This document shows positions 9,581-18,264 of a stretch of 64,000 nucleotides of DNA, piece after piece. Position numbers and translations under genes: made by a program. The stretch is taken from contig CAVRZA010000001.1 in the NCBI GenBank assembly GCA_963725665.1, positions 128,001 to 192,000 of the forward strand, in the 5' to 3' direction. Every line of letters begins with the position of its first letter. The first letter of the stretch is position 1. This DNA comes from an uncultured Actinomycetes bacterium. Lineage in GTDB: Bacteria > Actinomycetota > Thermoleophilia > UBA2241. The notes under the pieces are model-generated. The model worked only from the letters and a program-made list of their open reading frames with translations, was not told where the DNA came from and did no database searches.

Positions 9581-11388
9581 TGAACGACGGCCTGCCAGAC
9601 GGCATTGTGATGACCGTCAGAGACCTGCGCGTCGAGCTCGATCCGTCCGGCACCGAGATCGACGACGGGGTCTGCTTCGAGCTCCGCCAGGGCGAGGTCC
9701 TCGGGTTGGTGGGAGAGTCGGCCTCCGGCAAGACGACGGCGGCGACCTCGCTGCTTGCGTTCCAGCGTCGCGGTGCCCGTATCGCCGCCGGCGACATCGA
9801 CATCGACGGCAAGGACGTGCTCAAGGTGGGCGGCGGCGGCCTGCGTCAGCTCCGCGGCGGGACCATCTCGTACGTCCCTCAGGACCCCGGGTCCGCTTTG
9901 AACCCGGCGCTGCGCATCGGCACCCAGCTCAAGGATATCCTCGAGGCGCACTCGTTCGGTGCCTCCGAGGAAGAGCGTCGCGGGCGCATCAAGGAGATGA
10001 TGGCCGAGGTGCTGCTGCCGAGTGACCGCGAGTTCCTGCGGCGCTACCCGCATCAGCTGTCGGGAGGACAGCAGCAGCGGGTAGCGCTCGCCATGGCCTT
10101 CGCCTGCCGTCCCAAGGTGATCGTCCTCGACGAGCCCACGACCGGTCTCGACGTCACCACGCAGGCGCACGTGCTAGACACCATCCGCGATATGACGAAA
10201 GCGCACCGCGTGGCCGCCGTGTACGTCACACATGACCTGGCGGTCGTGGCGAACCTCGCCGAACGCATCGCTGTCATGTACGCCGGCCGCATCGTGGAGA
10301 TCGGACCCAAGGAGCGCCTCTTCGGCGGCGCCAGCCACCCGTACACCCGGCGTCTGCTGGCCTCCATCCCGACCATCAGCGGGAGCCGCGCGCTGCGCGG
10401 CATCCCCGGCTTCGCCCCGCGACCGGGCCGCCGTCCGCGCGGCTGCCCCTTCGCACCACGATGCGATCAGGTGGTCGACAAGTGCCGCGCCGAGATGCCA
10501 CCCGAGACGCTGGTATCTGCGAACCACAACGTGCGCTGCTGGCGTGCCGAGGAGGTCGCGCTTCTGCCTCCCACCGGCAAGGACGCTAGCCCGGACGAGG
10601 CGCGCGACGTCATCGGCGTGGAAGAGATCATCGCCGTGCGCGGGGTGACTGTGTGGTACGGCGCGCGCGAGGTGCTGCACGACGTCACCATCAGCGTGCG
10701 CCCGCGCCAGTGCCTCGCTTTGGTCGGCGAGTCGGGCAGCGGCAAGACGACCCTGGCGCGCTGCATCGCCGGACTGCACCCATTCAAGATCGTCGGCGAC
10801 ATCGCCTTTCGGGGCAAGGCTCTGCCGCGCAGCGCGCGGCAGCGCCCGATAGCCATCCGTCACGCCATCCAGTACGTCTTCCAAAACCCCTACAGCTCGC
10901 TGAACCCGCGCAAGACCGTCGGGCAGATCCTTACGCAGCCGCTCTCTATCTTCTTTGACTTGAGCCGCGACGAACGCGAGCAGCGCCTCTCGCACATCCT
11001 CGGCCTGGTGTCGCTCGACGAGACACTCCTCGGCCGCTACCCGGACCAGCTCTCCGGCGGCGAGCGCCAGCGCGTCGCAATCGCCCGGGCCCTCGCCGCC
11101 GAGCCCACTGTACTCGTCTGTGACGAAGTGACCTCGTGGCTCGACGTTTCGGTGCAGGCGACGATCGTCGAGCTGCTCGTCAAGCTGCAGAGCGAGATCG
11201 GCCTCTCGATGCTCTTCGTGACCCACAACCTGGCGCTCATCAGGAGCGTAGCCCAGGAGGTCGCGGTGATGAGCGAGGGGCGCATCGTTGAATATGGCGA
11301 GGTCGACGAGGTGCTGGCCGACCCGCAGGCCGACTACACGAAGAAGCTGCTCTCGGACACGCCGACCATCGAGGCCGTCTCCGCCTGA
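9577..11388 (+). CDS. Fused double-domain ABC ATPase, DppD/DppF-like
   Basis: Two Walker A motifs (GESASGKT, GESGSGKT), two LSGG signatures, GCPFAPRC oligopeptide C-terminal motif. Confidence 0.93.
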   Translation: MMNDGLPDGIVMTVRDLRVELDPSGTEIDDGVCFELRQGEVLGLVGESASGKTTAATSLLAFQRRGARIAAGDIDIDGKDVLKVGGGGLRQLRGGTISYVPQDPGSALNPALRIGTQLKDILEAHSFGASEEERRGRIKEMMAEVLLPSDREFLRRYPHQLSGGQQQRVALAMAFACRPKVIVLDEPTTGLDVTTQAHVLDTIRDMTKAHRVAAVYVTHDLAVVANLAERIAVMYAGRIVEIGPKERLFGGASHPYTRRLLASIPTISGSRALRGIPGFAPRPGRRPRGCPFAPRCDQVVDKCRAEMPPETLVSANHNVRCWRAEEVALLPPTGKDASPDEARDVIGVEEIIAVRGVTVWYGAREVLHDVTISVRPRQCLALVGESGSGKTTLARCIAGLHPFKIVGDIAFRGKALPRSARQRPIAIRHAIQYVFQNPYSSLNPRKTVGQILTQPLSIFFDLSRDEREQRLSHILGLVSLDETLLGRYPDQLSGGERQRVAIARALAAEPTVLVCDEVTSWLDVSVQATIVELLVKLQSEIGLSMLFVTHNLALIRSVAQEVAVMSEGRIVEYGEVDEVLADPQADYTKKLLSDTPTIEAVSA

Positions 11389-11498
11389 GGCGAATGCGCA
11401 ACGCTCGCTGTCGCGGCCACCGGGCGCCCGGCTGTTGGCCGGGAGCGGAGCGCGCTGTCGGCGAGGTCGACCGTGAGTGACAGGACCAGAGGAGGGTC

Positions 11499-11633
11499 AT
11501 GTTGACGCAGACCAAGTCGCTCTCGACGGCCGAGAAGCAGCTCATCTACGAGGAGCCTCTGGGCCCGCTCGAGCGCGTGTGGGTGCGAATGGCCGGGTCA
11601 ACCTGGCCACCGACGACCTGGCGTGGGCGATAA
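11499..11633 (+). pseudogene. N-terminal remnant of an additional MttB-family gene fused to unrelated sequence
   Basis: GGAGG RBS + MLTQTKSLSTAEKQLIYEEPLGPLERVWVRMA aligns with the MttB starts at 13217 (TTAEQRALICEQALGLLERTGMRF) and 14773. Stops after 44 codons. Confidence 0.6.
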
Positions 11634-11675
11634 GGGCCGTGGTCGGCATCGTGCGCGACAAGGGGGCGTGATGAA
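11597..11675 (+). repeat. Degenerate direct copy of the dppC end/dppD start junction (9515-9584)
   Basis: gtcaacctggccaccgacg...gggccgtggtcggcatcgtgcgcgacaagggggcgtgatgaa vs gtcaacctggccaccgacg...gggccatgatcggcatcgagcgagacacgggggcatgatgaa. Confidence 0.8.
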
Positions 11676-13203
11676 TCGAGGGGTGTACTGGATGGGGGGC
11701 GACAGCCGGTGGGATCCAGCGCCGCCGATGACGCCCCTGACACGACGCCTTCGCGCGGACATTTGCATCGTCGGTGGAGGCTTCACGGGTCTCTGGTCGG
11801 CCCTGGATCTGAAGCGTCTGGCGCCCGAGGTCGAGGTGGTGGTCGTCGAGCAGCAGTTCTGCGGCTCAGGAGCGTCAGGACGAAACGGCGGCTGGGTGAA
11901 CGGCTGGGAAGACGCGCTGCCCAAGCTCACGGGACTGTTCGGACGCGACGAGGGGCTCGGCGTGCTGGAGCTTTCACGCCAGAGCCTCGGGCGCCTGAGA
12001 GAGGTCGTGGAAGAAGGAGAGATCGAATGCGACCTGGCTTTTGGAGGAGGCCTCGTCGTGGCGGCTTCGGAGGCGCAGCTGCGGGAGCTCGAGGGGACGA
12101 TCACCTCGTTGGCGGCCGCCGGAAAGGATGATCTGATCCAGCCGCTGTCCAAAGAGGAAGCTGTGTCGATGTCGGGCGTGCAGCGGGCTGTGGGTGGGTT
12201 CGTGCTCAAGAACGCCGGGAGCGTGCAACCGGCCCTCCTTGCGCTGGGATTGCGCCGTCTCGTCATCGAGGCCGGCGTGAAGGTCTTCGAGGCCACTCCC
12301 ATGGTGGACCTGCGACGGGGGCTGCCGGCCGTCGTCGAGACCCCGGCAGGTTCGGTCGTGGCTGACAAGGTCATCCTCGCCTGCGGGTCGTGGCTGGCGC
12401 GCGTAGCGGAACTGCGCCGCACGCTGTTTCTGATCCCCGCACACATCGTGGCCACGGAACCCTCGGCGCAGCGCCTCGACGAGATCGGCTGGCTGCGCGG
12501 CAGGCCGTTTGCCGACGCGCGCACGGCGGTTCACTACGGACAGCGGACGGCCGACGATCGAATGGTTTTCGGTCGAGGGGGTGGCCGGTTGGGGTTTGCC
12601 GGGCGCATCATCCCGAGGCACTATCACGACCCGCATGAGACGGCGGAGATCGTCGACGATCTCCGCCGTCTCATGCCGACGATGGCAGCTGCGCAGATCG
12701 AGTGGGCCTGGGGCGGCCCCGTCGACCGCAGTCAGCACGGCATGCCATGGGTGGGGTCTCTGGGGCGACAGCGCAACATCCACTACGGTGTGGGGTACTG
12801 CGGCAACGGCGTCGCCTCGGCGCCGGTCATCGGCCGCACGCTGGCATCGTTGACCTTGGGCCTCGACGACGAGTACTCGAGATCCCCTCTCGTCTCCGAC
12901 CCGCCGACGTACCTGCCCGCCGAACCGGTGAGATACGTGGGCGCTCGAGCGGTCCGTAGCGCCGTGAACCGTTGCGAGGACAAGGAGGACGCAGGTCTCA
13001 AGCCGGACCCCGTCTCCGGCCTGCTGCGGCGAGCCCTGACCCTCTCGATGCCGAAGGGGGTTCAGGTGCTACCGCTGGCGGCACAGCTCGCGGCATCGAA
13101 GGGCGCGAGGGACGTCGTCGACGACGAGCTCGCGGATGGGGTGAGCGCCGAGGGGGCTCGCAGCGGATCCGACGAGTCACCGAGCAGCGAGGGGTCGAGC
13201 TAA
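11671..13203 (+). CDS. FAD-dependent oxidoreductase (DAO / PuuB-like amine oxidase family)
   Basis: ADICIVGGGFTGLWSA, GSGASGRNGGW, GYCGNGVA. Confidence 0.9.
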   Translation: MNRGVYWMGGDSRWDPAPPMTPLTRRLRADICIVGGGFTGLWSALDLKRLAPEVEVVVVEQQFCGSGASGRNGGWVNGWEDALPKLTGLFGRDEGLGVLELSRQSLGRLREVVEEGEIECDLAFGGGLVVAASEAQLRELEGTITSLAAAGKDDLIQPLSKEEAVSMSGVQRAVGGFVLKNAGSVQPALLALGLRRLVIEAGVKVFEATPMVDLRRGLPAVVETPAGSVVADKVILACGSWLARVAELRRTLFLIPAHIVATEPSAQRLDEIGWLRGRPFADARTAVHYGQRTADDRMVFGRGGGRLGFAGRIIPRHYHDPHETAEIVDDLRRLMPTMAAAQIEWAWGGPVDRSQHGMPWVGSLGRQRNIHYGVGYCGNGVASAPVIGRTLASLTLGLDDEYSRSPLVSDPPTYLPAEPVRYVGARAVRSAVNRCEDKEDAGLKPDPVSGLLRRALTLSMPKGVQVLPLAAQLAASKGARDVVDDELADGVSAEGARSGSDESPSSEGSS

Positions 13204-13216
13204 CCAGGGGGTGGAG

Positions 13217-14668
13217 ATGGCCGTCAAGGTCGAGTGGACGACAGCCGAGCAGCGCGCGCTGATCTGCGAGCAGGCGCTCGGGTTGCTTGAGCGCACGGGC
13301 ATGCGCTTCGGACCCGGGCGGGCGCTCGACGTGCTGGCGGGGTCCGGGGCGCAGGTGGACGTGGAGTCGGGCGTGGCACGGATCACGCCCGATCTCGTCG
13401 AGCGCGCTCTTTCAGCGCTGCCCGAGGTGGTCGTGCTCGGTGGCCGGACGCCCGAAGACGACTGCGTCCTTGACGGCGCGATCCACTTCCTCGACTCCGG
13501 CACCCCGACGCGCACGGTCGACTTCGAGACCGGAGTCTACAGGGCGACGACGGCCGACGACTTGCGCAAAGCGACGATCCTTCTCGAGGCGATGCCCTCG
13601 GTCGACATCATGTGGCCCATCGTGGCGGCCACCGACGTTCCAGGTGAACGGCGCATCCTCACCGAGATCGCGGTCACCCTGACGCAGACGCGCAAGCACG
13701 TGCAGCACGAGCTGGAGGCCATGTGGCAGGTCGAGCCGATCTTGCACATGATGGAGGTCTGCGGGGGCGACCTGAAGGAGCAGCGGTCGCGCCCACGCTT
13801 CAGCCTCGTCTGCTGCACGGCCTCGCCGCTCCAGGCTCACGGACCCATGCTGGACGCCTGCATGGCGATGGCCGACCGGGGGGTCCCGATCGCCGTGCTC
13901 TCGATGCCGGTGTCGGGCGGAACGGCCCCCGTGACGGTCGCGGGCGCCGTCACCATGAACATCGCCGAGTTCCTCGGCGTCGCCACGGCGATCGAGCTCG
14001 CCTGCCCCGGGGCGCCACTCATCCTTGGAGCCGCCCCAGGCACGCTCGACATGAGGGCCACGACGTTCTCCTTCGGCGCCCTCGAGGGCGCCCAGATGAC
14101 GGCCATCGGCGTCGAGGTCGGCCACCACCTCGGCGTGCCGGTGATCGGTCCCGCCGTGGCCACCGACGCGAAACACGCCGGCATCCAGGCAGGCTTCGAG
14201 AAGGCCCTCAGGGGCCTCGTCGTGGCCTCGAGCGGGGCTGACCTGATGACGGGGGGGATTGGCCTGCTCGCGGGCGCCGGCATCCTGTCGCTGCCCCAGA
14301 TCGTGATCGACGACGAGATTGCGCAGATGATCAAGCGCATCCTGGGCGAGGTCGAGATCTCGCCCGAGACGATCATGGCCGACATGATCGAGCGGGTCGG
14401 CTTCAGCGGCGACTACCTGCGCGAGAAGGAAACAAGGAGGCGGGTGCGCGCCGGAGAGCACTTCATGCCCACGATCGCCTCCCGGCTCTCCTACGAGATG
14501 TGGGAGGCCAGCGGGCGTCACGAGTACGACGTCGCCTGCGAGAAGGTGCGGCAGCTCCTAGCCGAGGAGGAGACACGCGAGCCGCTGCTGTCGCACGACC
14601 AGATGCGTGAGCTGGACAAAGTGATCGCATCCGCCGCGTCGCTCGCTTGTCAGCACGGAACCAAGTGA
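13217..14668 (+). CDS. mttB: MttB-family corrinoid methyltransferase, non-pyrrolysine
   Basis: GGTAPVTVAGAV...AEFLG...PGAPLILG, TDAKHAGIQAGFEKA, QIVIDDEI. Confidence 0.92.
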   Translation: MAVKVEWTTAEQRALICEQALGLLERTGMRFGPGRALDVLAGSGAQVDVESGVARITPDLVERALSALPEVVVLGGRTPEDDCVLDGAIHFLDSGTPTRTVDFETGVYRATTADDLRKATILLEAMPSVDIMWPIVAATDVPGERRILTEIAVTLTQTRKHVQHELEAMWQVEPILHMMEVCGGDLKEQRSRPRFSLVCCTASPLQAHGPMLDACMAMADRGVPIAVLSMPVSGGTAPVTVAGAVTMNIAEFLGVATAIELACPGAPLILGAAPGTLDMRATTFSFGALEGAQMTAIGVEVGHHLGVPVIGPAVATDAKHAGIQAGFEKALRGLVVASSGADLMTGGIGLLAGAGILSLPQIVIDDEIAQMIKRILGEVEISPETIMADMIERVGFSGDYLREKETRRRVRAGEHFMPTIASRLSYEMWEASGRHEYDVACEKVRQLLAEEETREPLLSHDQMRELDKVIASAASLACQHGTK

Positions 14669-14772
14669 ACGTGTCACATCCACCGACCGCTGGGGTTGAC
14701 AAGACGCCGCGGCGCCTGAGACAGGCGATGGGAAACTGAATGTGAATCAGGCCGATCAACGGAGGTTGACCT

Positions 14773-16227
14773 ATGCGCGCACGCGTCGAGTGGCTCAGCG
14801 GTCCGGAATGCAGCTGCATTATTGACGAGGCCCTCGGGGTCCTTGAGCAGACCGGCATGCGGCTTGGTGCCTGCCAAGCGCTCAAAGAGCTTGAGACGAC
14901 GGGAGCACAGGTCGATCGGCAAACGGGCGTCGCACGTCTGCCGCGTGATCTCGTGGAAAGCACACTGGCCCACCTCCCGCGCCGCGTCCTTCTGGCGGGG
15001 GCCACTCCGGCCGACGACTGCCTGCTGGACGGCGCGATTCACTTCGTGCCCTCCGGCGCTCCTACCATGACACTCGACTTCGAGACGGGGGAGTACCGGC
15101 CCAGCACACTCGAGGACGTGCGGCGTTCGACTATCGTCGCCGACGCCATGCCCGCAGTCGATATTCTCTGGTCGCTCGTCAGTGCGACCGATCTCCCCGA
15201 GGGCAGCGAGGACTTCATGGGTCTCCTCACCGAACTCGCCTGGAGCAACAAACACGTGCAGGATGGAGTAACGCAGCCTTGGCAGGTGGAGCCCATGCTT
15301 GCCGTGCTGGAGACCCTTTGCGGGGGCCTCGAGGCCTTTCGCGCTCGTCCGCGACTCAGCTTCATCTGTTGTACCACATCCCCGCTGGGGATCGACGGTT
15401 CGCTTCTCGATGCCACCATCGGTGTCGCCCGCCACGGCGCACCCATCCTCATCTACCCGATGCCAATTGCCGGTGCCACCTCTCCGGTGACCGTGGCCGG
15501 CACGGTGGTCATGAACGTGGCCGAGTTCCTCGGCATCGCCACCATCATCGAGCTGGCCGCTCCGGGGGCGCCACTGATCATGGGCGCCGGCACGAGCGTC
15601 CTCGACATGAAGGCAACGACCTTCTCGTTCGGCGCCCTCGAAACGGCACTTATGTGCGTCGCCTGCGTCGAGGTCGCGCACCACCTCGGCGTGCCCGTGC
15701 TTGCTCCAGGACTGGCGAGCGATGCCAAGTATGGGGGCATCCAGGCTGGGTACGAGAAGGCACTCAAGGGGCTCGCGGTCGCGTCGGCTGGCGCGGACTT
15801 GATCACCGGAGGCATCGGGCTGCTCTCGGGCGCCGGCATCATGAGCTTGCCGCAGATTGTCATCGACGCCGAGATCGCCGTCATGATCCGTCGCCTGCTC
15901 GGCGAGACCGAGATCTCACCTGAGACAATGATGGCCGACGCCATCGCACGAGTGGGCTTCAAAGGTGACTACCTGAAGGAGAGGGAGACGGCGCGGCGTT
16001 TGCGCTGCGGCGAGCAGTTCATGCCCGTGATTGCCACGCGGCTCTCACTAGAGGCGTGGCAAGCCGGTGGCAAAGACGAGGCCAGTGTCGCCAGCGAGCG
16101 CGTACGCGAGATCGTCGTTGCCGCCGAGGAACGAGGGCCAGTTCTGCCTCCTGACACCATGGCCCGCCTCAATAGCATCGTTGACGAGGCGGTGACAGCC
16201 ACTCGTCGGGTTCGCGGCCGAGGGTGA
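14773..16227 (+). CDS. mttB: MttB-family corrinoid methyltransferase, non-pyrrolysine (close paralog of 13217-14668)
   Basis: GATSPVTVAGTV...AEFLG, SDAKYGGIQAGYEKA; GGAGG RBS. Confidence 0.92.
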   Translation: MRARVEWLSGPECSCIIDEALGVLEQTGMRLGACQALKELETTGAQVDRQTGVARLPRDLVESTLAHLPRRVLLAGATPADDCLLDGAIHFVPSGAPTMTLDFETGEYRPSTLEDVRRSTIVADAMPAVDILWSLVSATDLPEGSEDFMGLLTELAWSNKHVQDGVTQPWQVEPMLAVLETLCGGLEAFRARPRLSFICCTTSPLGIDGSLLDATIGVARHGAPILIYPMPIAGATSPVTVAGTVVMNVAEFLGIATIIELAAPGAPLIMGAGTSVLDMKATTFSFGALETALMCVACVEVAHHLGVPVLAPGLASDAKYGGIQAGYEKALKGLAVASAGADLITGGIGLLSGAGIMSLPQIVIDAEIAVMIRRLLGETEISPETMMADAIARVGFKGDYLKERETARRLRCGEQFMPVIATRLSLEAWQAGGKDEASVASERVREIVVAAEERGPVLPPDTMARLNSIVDEAVTATRRVRGRG

Positions 16228-16360
16228 AGGATGAGAGGCGATCACGGGGGAGAGAAGGGAGGAAGTCGAAGGCTACGGCATCCCTGCGGATGAGAACTTG
16301 GTCTCGAGTCAGTTCTCACACCAGCTCGCAGTCCCAGCCGGTCCTGCGGCCTCACAGCCT

Positions 16361-16541
16361 GCTAACCTCCGGCAAACGAACGCAATGCGACCAGGTGACG
16401 CCCAGTATCACTCCACACCACTCGATGCCGGTTCCCCACGCTCGTGACCGCACTTCATGACACTCAGCGGCACCTACTAGCACGATACTCGACGCCTTTG
16501 CACGGCGGAGGTCAGGGGTTCGACTCCCCTGCGGTCCACCA
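16361..16541 (+). mobile_element. att-like site 1: element arm plus 3' half of tRNA-Ala(TGC) at 16493-16541
   Basis: cgcc-TTTGCAC-ggcgg anticodon arm, T-arm agggg-TTCGACT-cccct, acceptor strand gcggtcc-A-CCA with U70. The 5' half of the tRNA is absent. Upstream ~130 bp is homologous to 28116-28247. Confidence 0.85.
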
Positions 16542-16702
16542 CCTCGTTTACGCCCGTTTGCAGGCATTCTTACATGCTCGCAGAATGCCCCTCGACCCCC
16601 CAGAACCCCCTCGTGCAGACTTCCGGCAAACGAACGGACCAGGACCAGGAAGTCCCGCAGACCGAGTACTCCATTCTGGGGTTGATGAGTTCGAGTGCGA
16701 GG

Positions 16703-18034
16703 TCACCCACGGGGAGCGGAACGTGTCGTGGCCCTCGCACTGAGCAGTCGGGGGTGGGGTACAACCGCCTTCCCGCCCAGGAAGACGCCTGTGACCGCAT
16801 CGGGAGAGAGGAAGCACGAGAGGTCGCCTGGGTCGGTGTCGAGCATGATCGCGTCAAAGATGCAGCCAGGCGCGATACGACCCTGGTTGTGGTCCACGCC
16901 GCACAGCTGGGCACCGCGCAAGGTCGCTGCCAGTAGCGCCTCTTCGACTGATAGGCCCGCTTGGTGAAGGTAGGCGATCTCAGCGAGGTTCGTACCGTGG
17001 TCCTCCGCGTTGGCGAAATCGCTACCCAGAGCAATCGGGACGCCGACGTCGTGCGCGAGTTGCACGCATTGTCCGAGACGGGGAGCAACGTCAGCGACCC
17101 CCTCACGGACCGCGGGGGGGAATGATTCTGGCTGCGCCTGCACCATCTCAACAATCCTGTGGTAGGTAACGAGTGAAGGAACCAAGCAGATGTTGTCGGT
17201 GGCCATGCAGGCTGCCTGGCGCTCGTTGAGGTGGATACCGTGCTCGATCGAACGCACCCCGGCTTCGAGCGCGACGTCGATTCCAGCGCTTCCTACCGCG
17301 TGCGCCATCACCCCACGGTTTCGCTTGGCTGCCTCGCGCACGGCAACGGCAACCTCTTCGACGCTCAGCTGTGCTTCACTTGACGCCTGCGCCCCTGCGA
17401 ATACGCCGCCGCTTGTGCACACCTTGATCCAGTCCGCCCCGGCACGCAGAACCTCGCGCACGGCGCGGCGCATCTCGTCCTCGCCGTCGACGATGAAGGG
17501 TGGACGCCCCGGGGCGGCGGGCAGGAAGTCCTCGACCGAGATTGGCATCCCTGGACCGACCAGGAAGCCGTCGGCGTGGCCTCCGGTCTGGCTGAGCATG
17601 ACGATCGAGATCTCGAGATGAGGTCCCTCGATTAGGCCGTCCTCGACCCCTGCGCGCAGGCCCGCATCGGCACCCCCCGCATCGCGGACGTGGGTAACGC
17701 CGGCTGCTAGAGTGGCGCGAAGATTGCGGGCTGCTTGGAGAGCGCGCAGCGATAGCGGCGTCTGCAGGTTCTCAAGGGTGTTCGTCGACGACATCCCAAT
17801 GTGGACGTGACAGTCGAAAACGCCCGGCATCAGCCACAGGCCGCCTCCATCGACCTGGACAGCTCCTTCGGGAGCCTTGCTCTTGGGTGCGACGGCGACG
17901 ATGATGCCGTCTTCGACGACCACATCTAGTGGGTCGCTGAAGCTCCCGCTCGCGTCGAGGGCGCGCACCCCGCGCAAGACAAGTGCCTGCTCTTTGGGAG
18001 GGCCGCTGCCGCTCCTTGTGTTCGTTCCTGTCAC
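16703..18034 (-). CDS. Metal-dependent amidohydrolase (prolidase/Xaa-Pro dipeptidase-like)
   Basis: LMPGVFDCHVH, GADWIKVCTSGG, VMAHAVG, SIEHG, IALGSD. Confidence 0.9.
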   Translation of the reverse strand: MTGTNTRSGSGPPKEQALVLRGVRALDASGSFSDPLDVVVEDGIIVAVAPKSKAPEGAVQVDGGGLWLMPGVFDCHVHIGMSSTNTLENLQTPLSLRALQAARNLRATLAAGVTHVRDAGGADAGLRAGVEDGLIEGPHLEISIVMLSQTGGHADGFLVGPGMPISVEDFLPAAPGRPPFIVDGEDEMRRAVREVLRAGADWIKVCTSGGVFAGAQASSEAQLSVEEVAVAVREAAKRNRGVMAHAVGSAGIDVALEAGVRSIEHGIHLNERQAACMATDNICLVPSLVTYHRIVEMVQAQPESFPPAVREGVADVAPRLGQCVQLAHDVGVPIALGSDFANAEDHGTNLAEIAYLHQAGLSVEEALLAATLRGAQLCGVDHNQGRIAPGCIFDAIMLDTDPGDLSCFLSPDAVTGVFLGGKAVVPHPRLLSARATTRSAPRG

Positions 18035-18264
18035 GGCGAACTCGGGTAGGGATTGTCAGTCACCAGCCTGGCTCCCACCAGTCACTGCTCGCGCCAGTCC
18101 TCAGTGACCGCTCTCAGCGTCGCGAATCATACGCCTGGACACCCTGCCAACAGTTTCACAGGACTCTTCTGCTTGTCACCGTGATGGCCAAAGTCGTCGT
18201 TCCCAGGCGGTGTTCTGGCACCTTCCTCAGCCGCGCCTCGCGCACTGGTGCTGGCGACGCTGCC

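Noticed and set aside
3616-16227. Pyrrolysine or selenocysteine recoding in the MttB genes
   Set aside because: All three are full-length open frames with sense codons at the Pyl-equivalent position, and no pyl genes are in the window.
16470-16541. Functional tRNA-Ala gene
   Set aside because: No D-arm or 5' acceptor strand, and the anticodon stem pairing breaks at its base; it is an att-type fragment. The same applies to 28248-28296.
18104-18132. Minus-strand mini-ORF MIRDAESGH matching the GntR N-terminus MIRDAES
   Set aside because: Too short, with no RBS or flanking similarity; plausibly chance.
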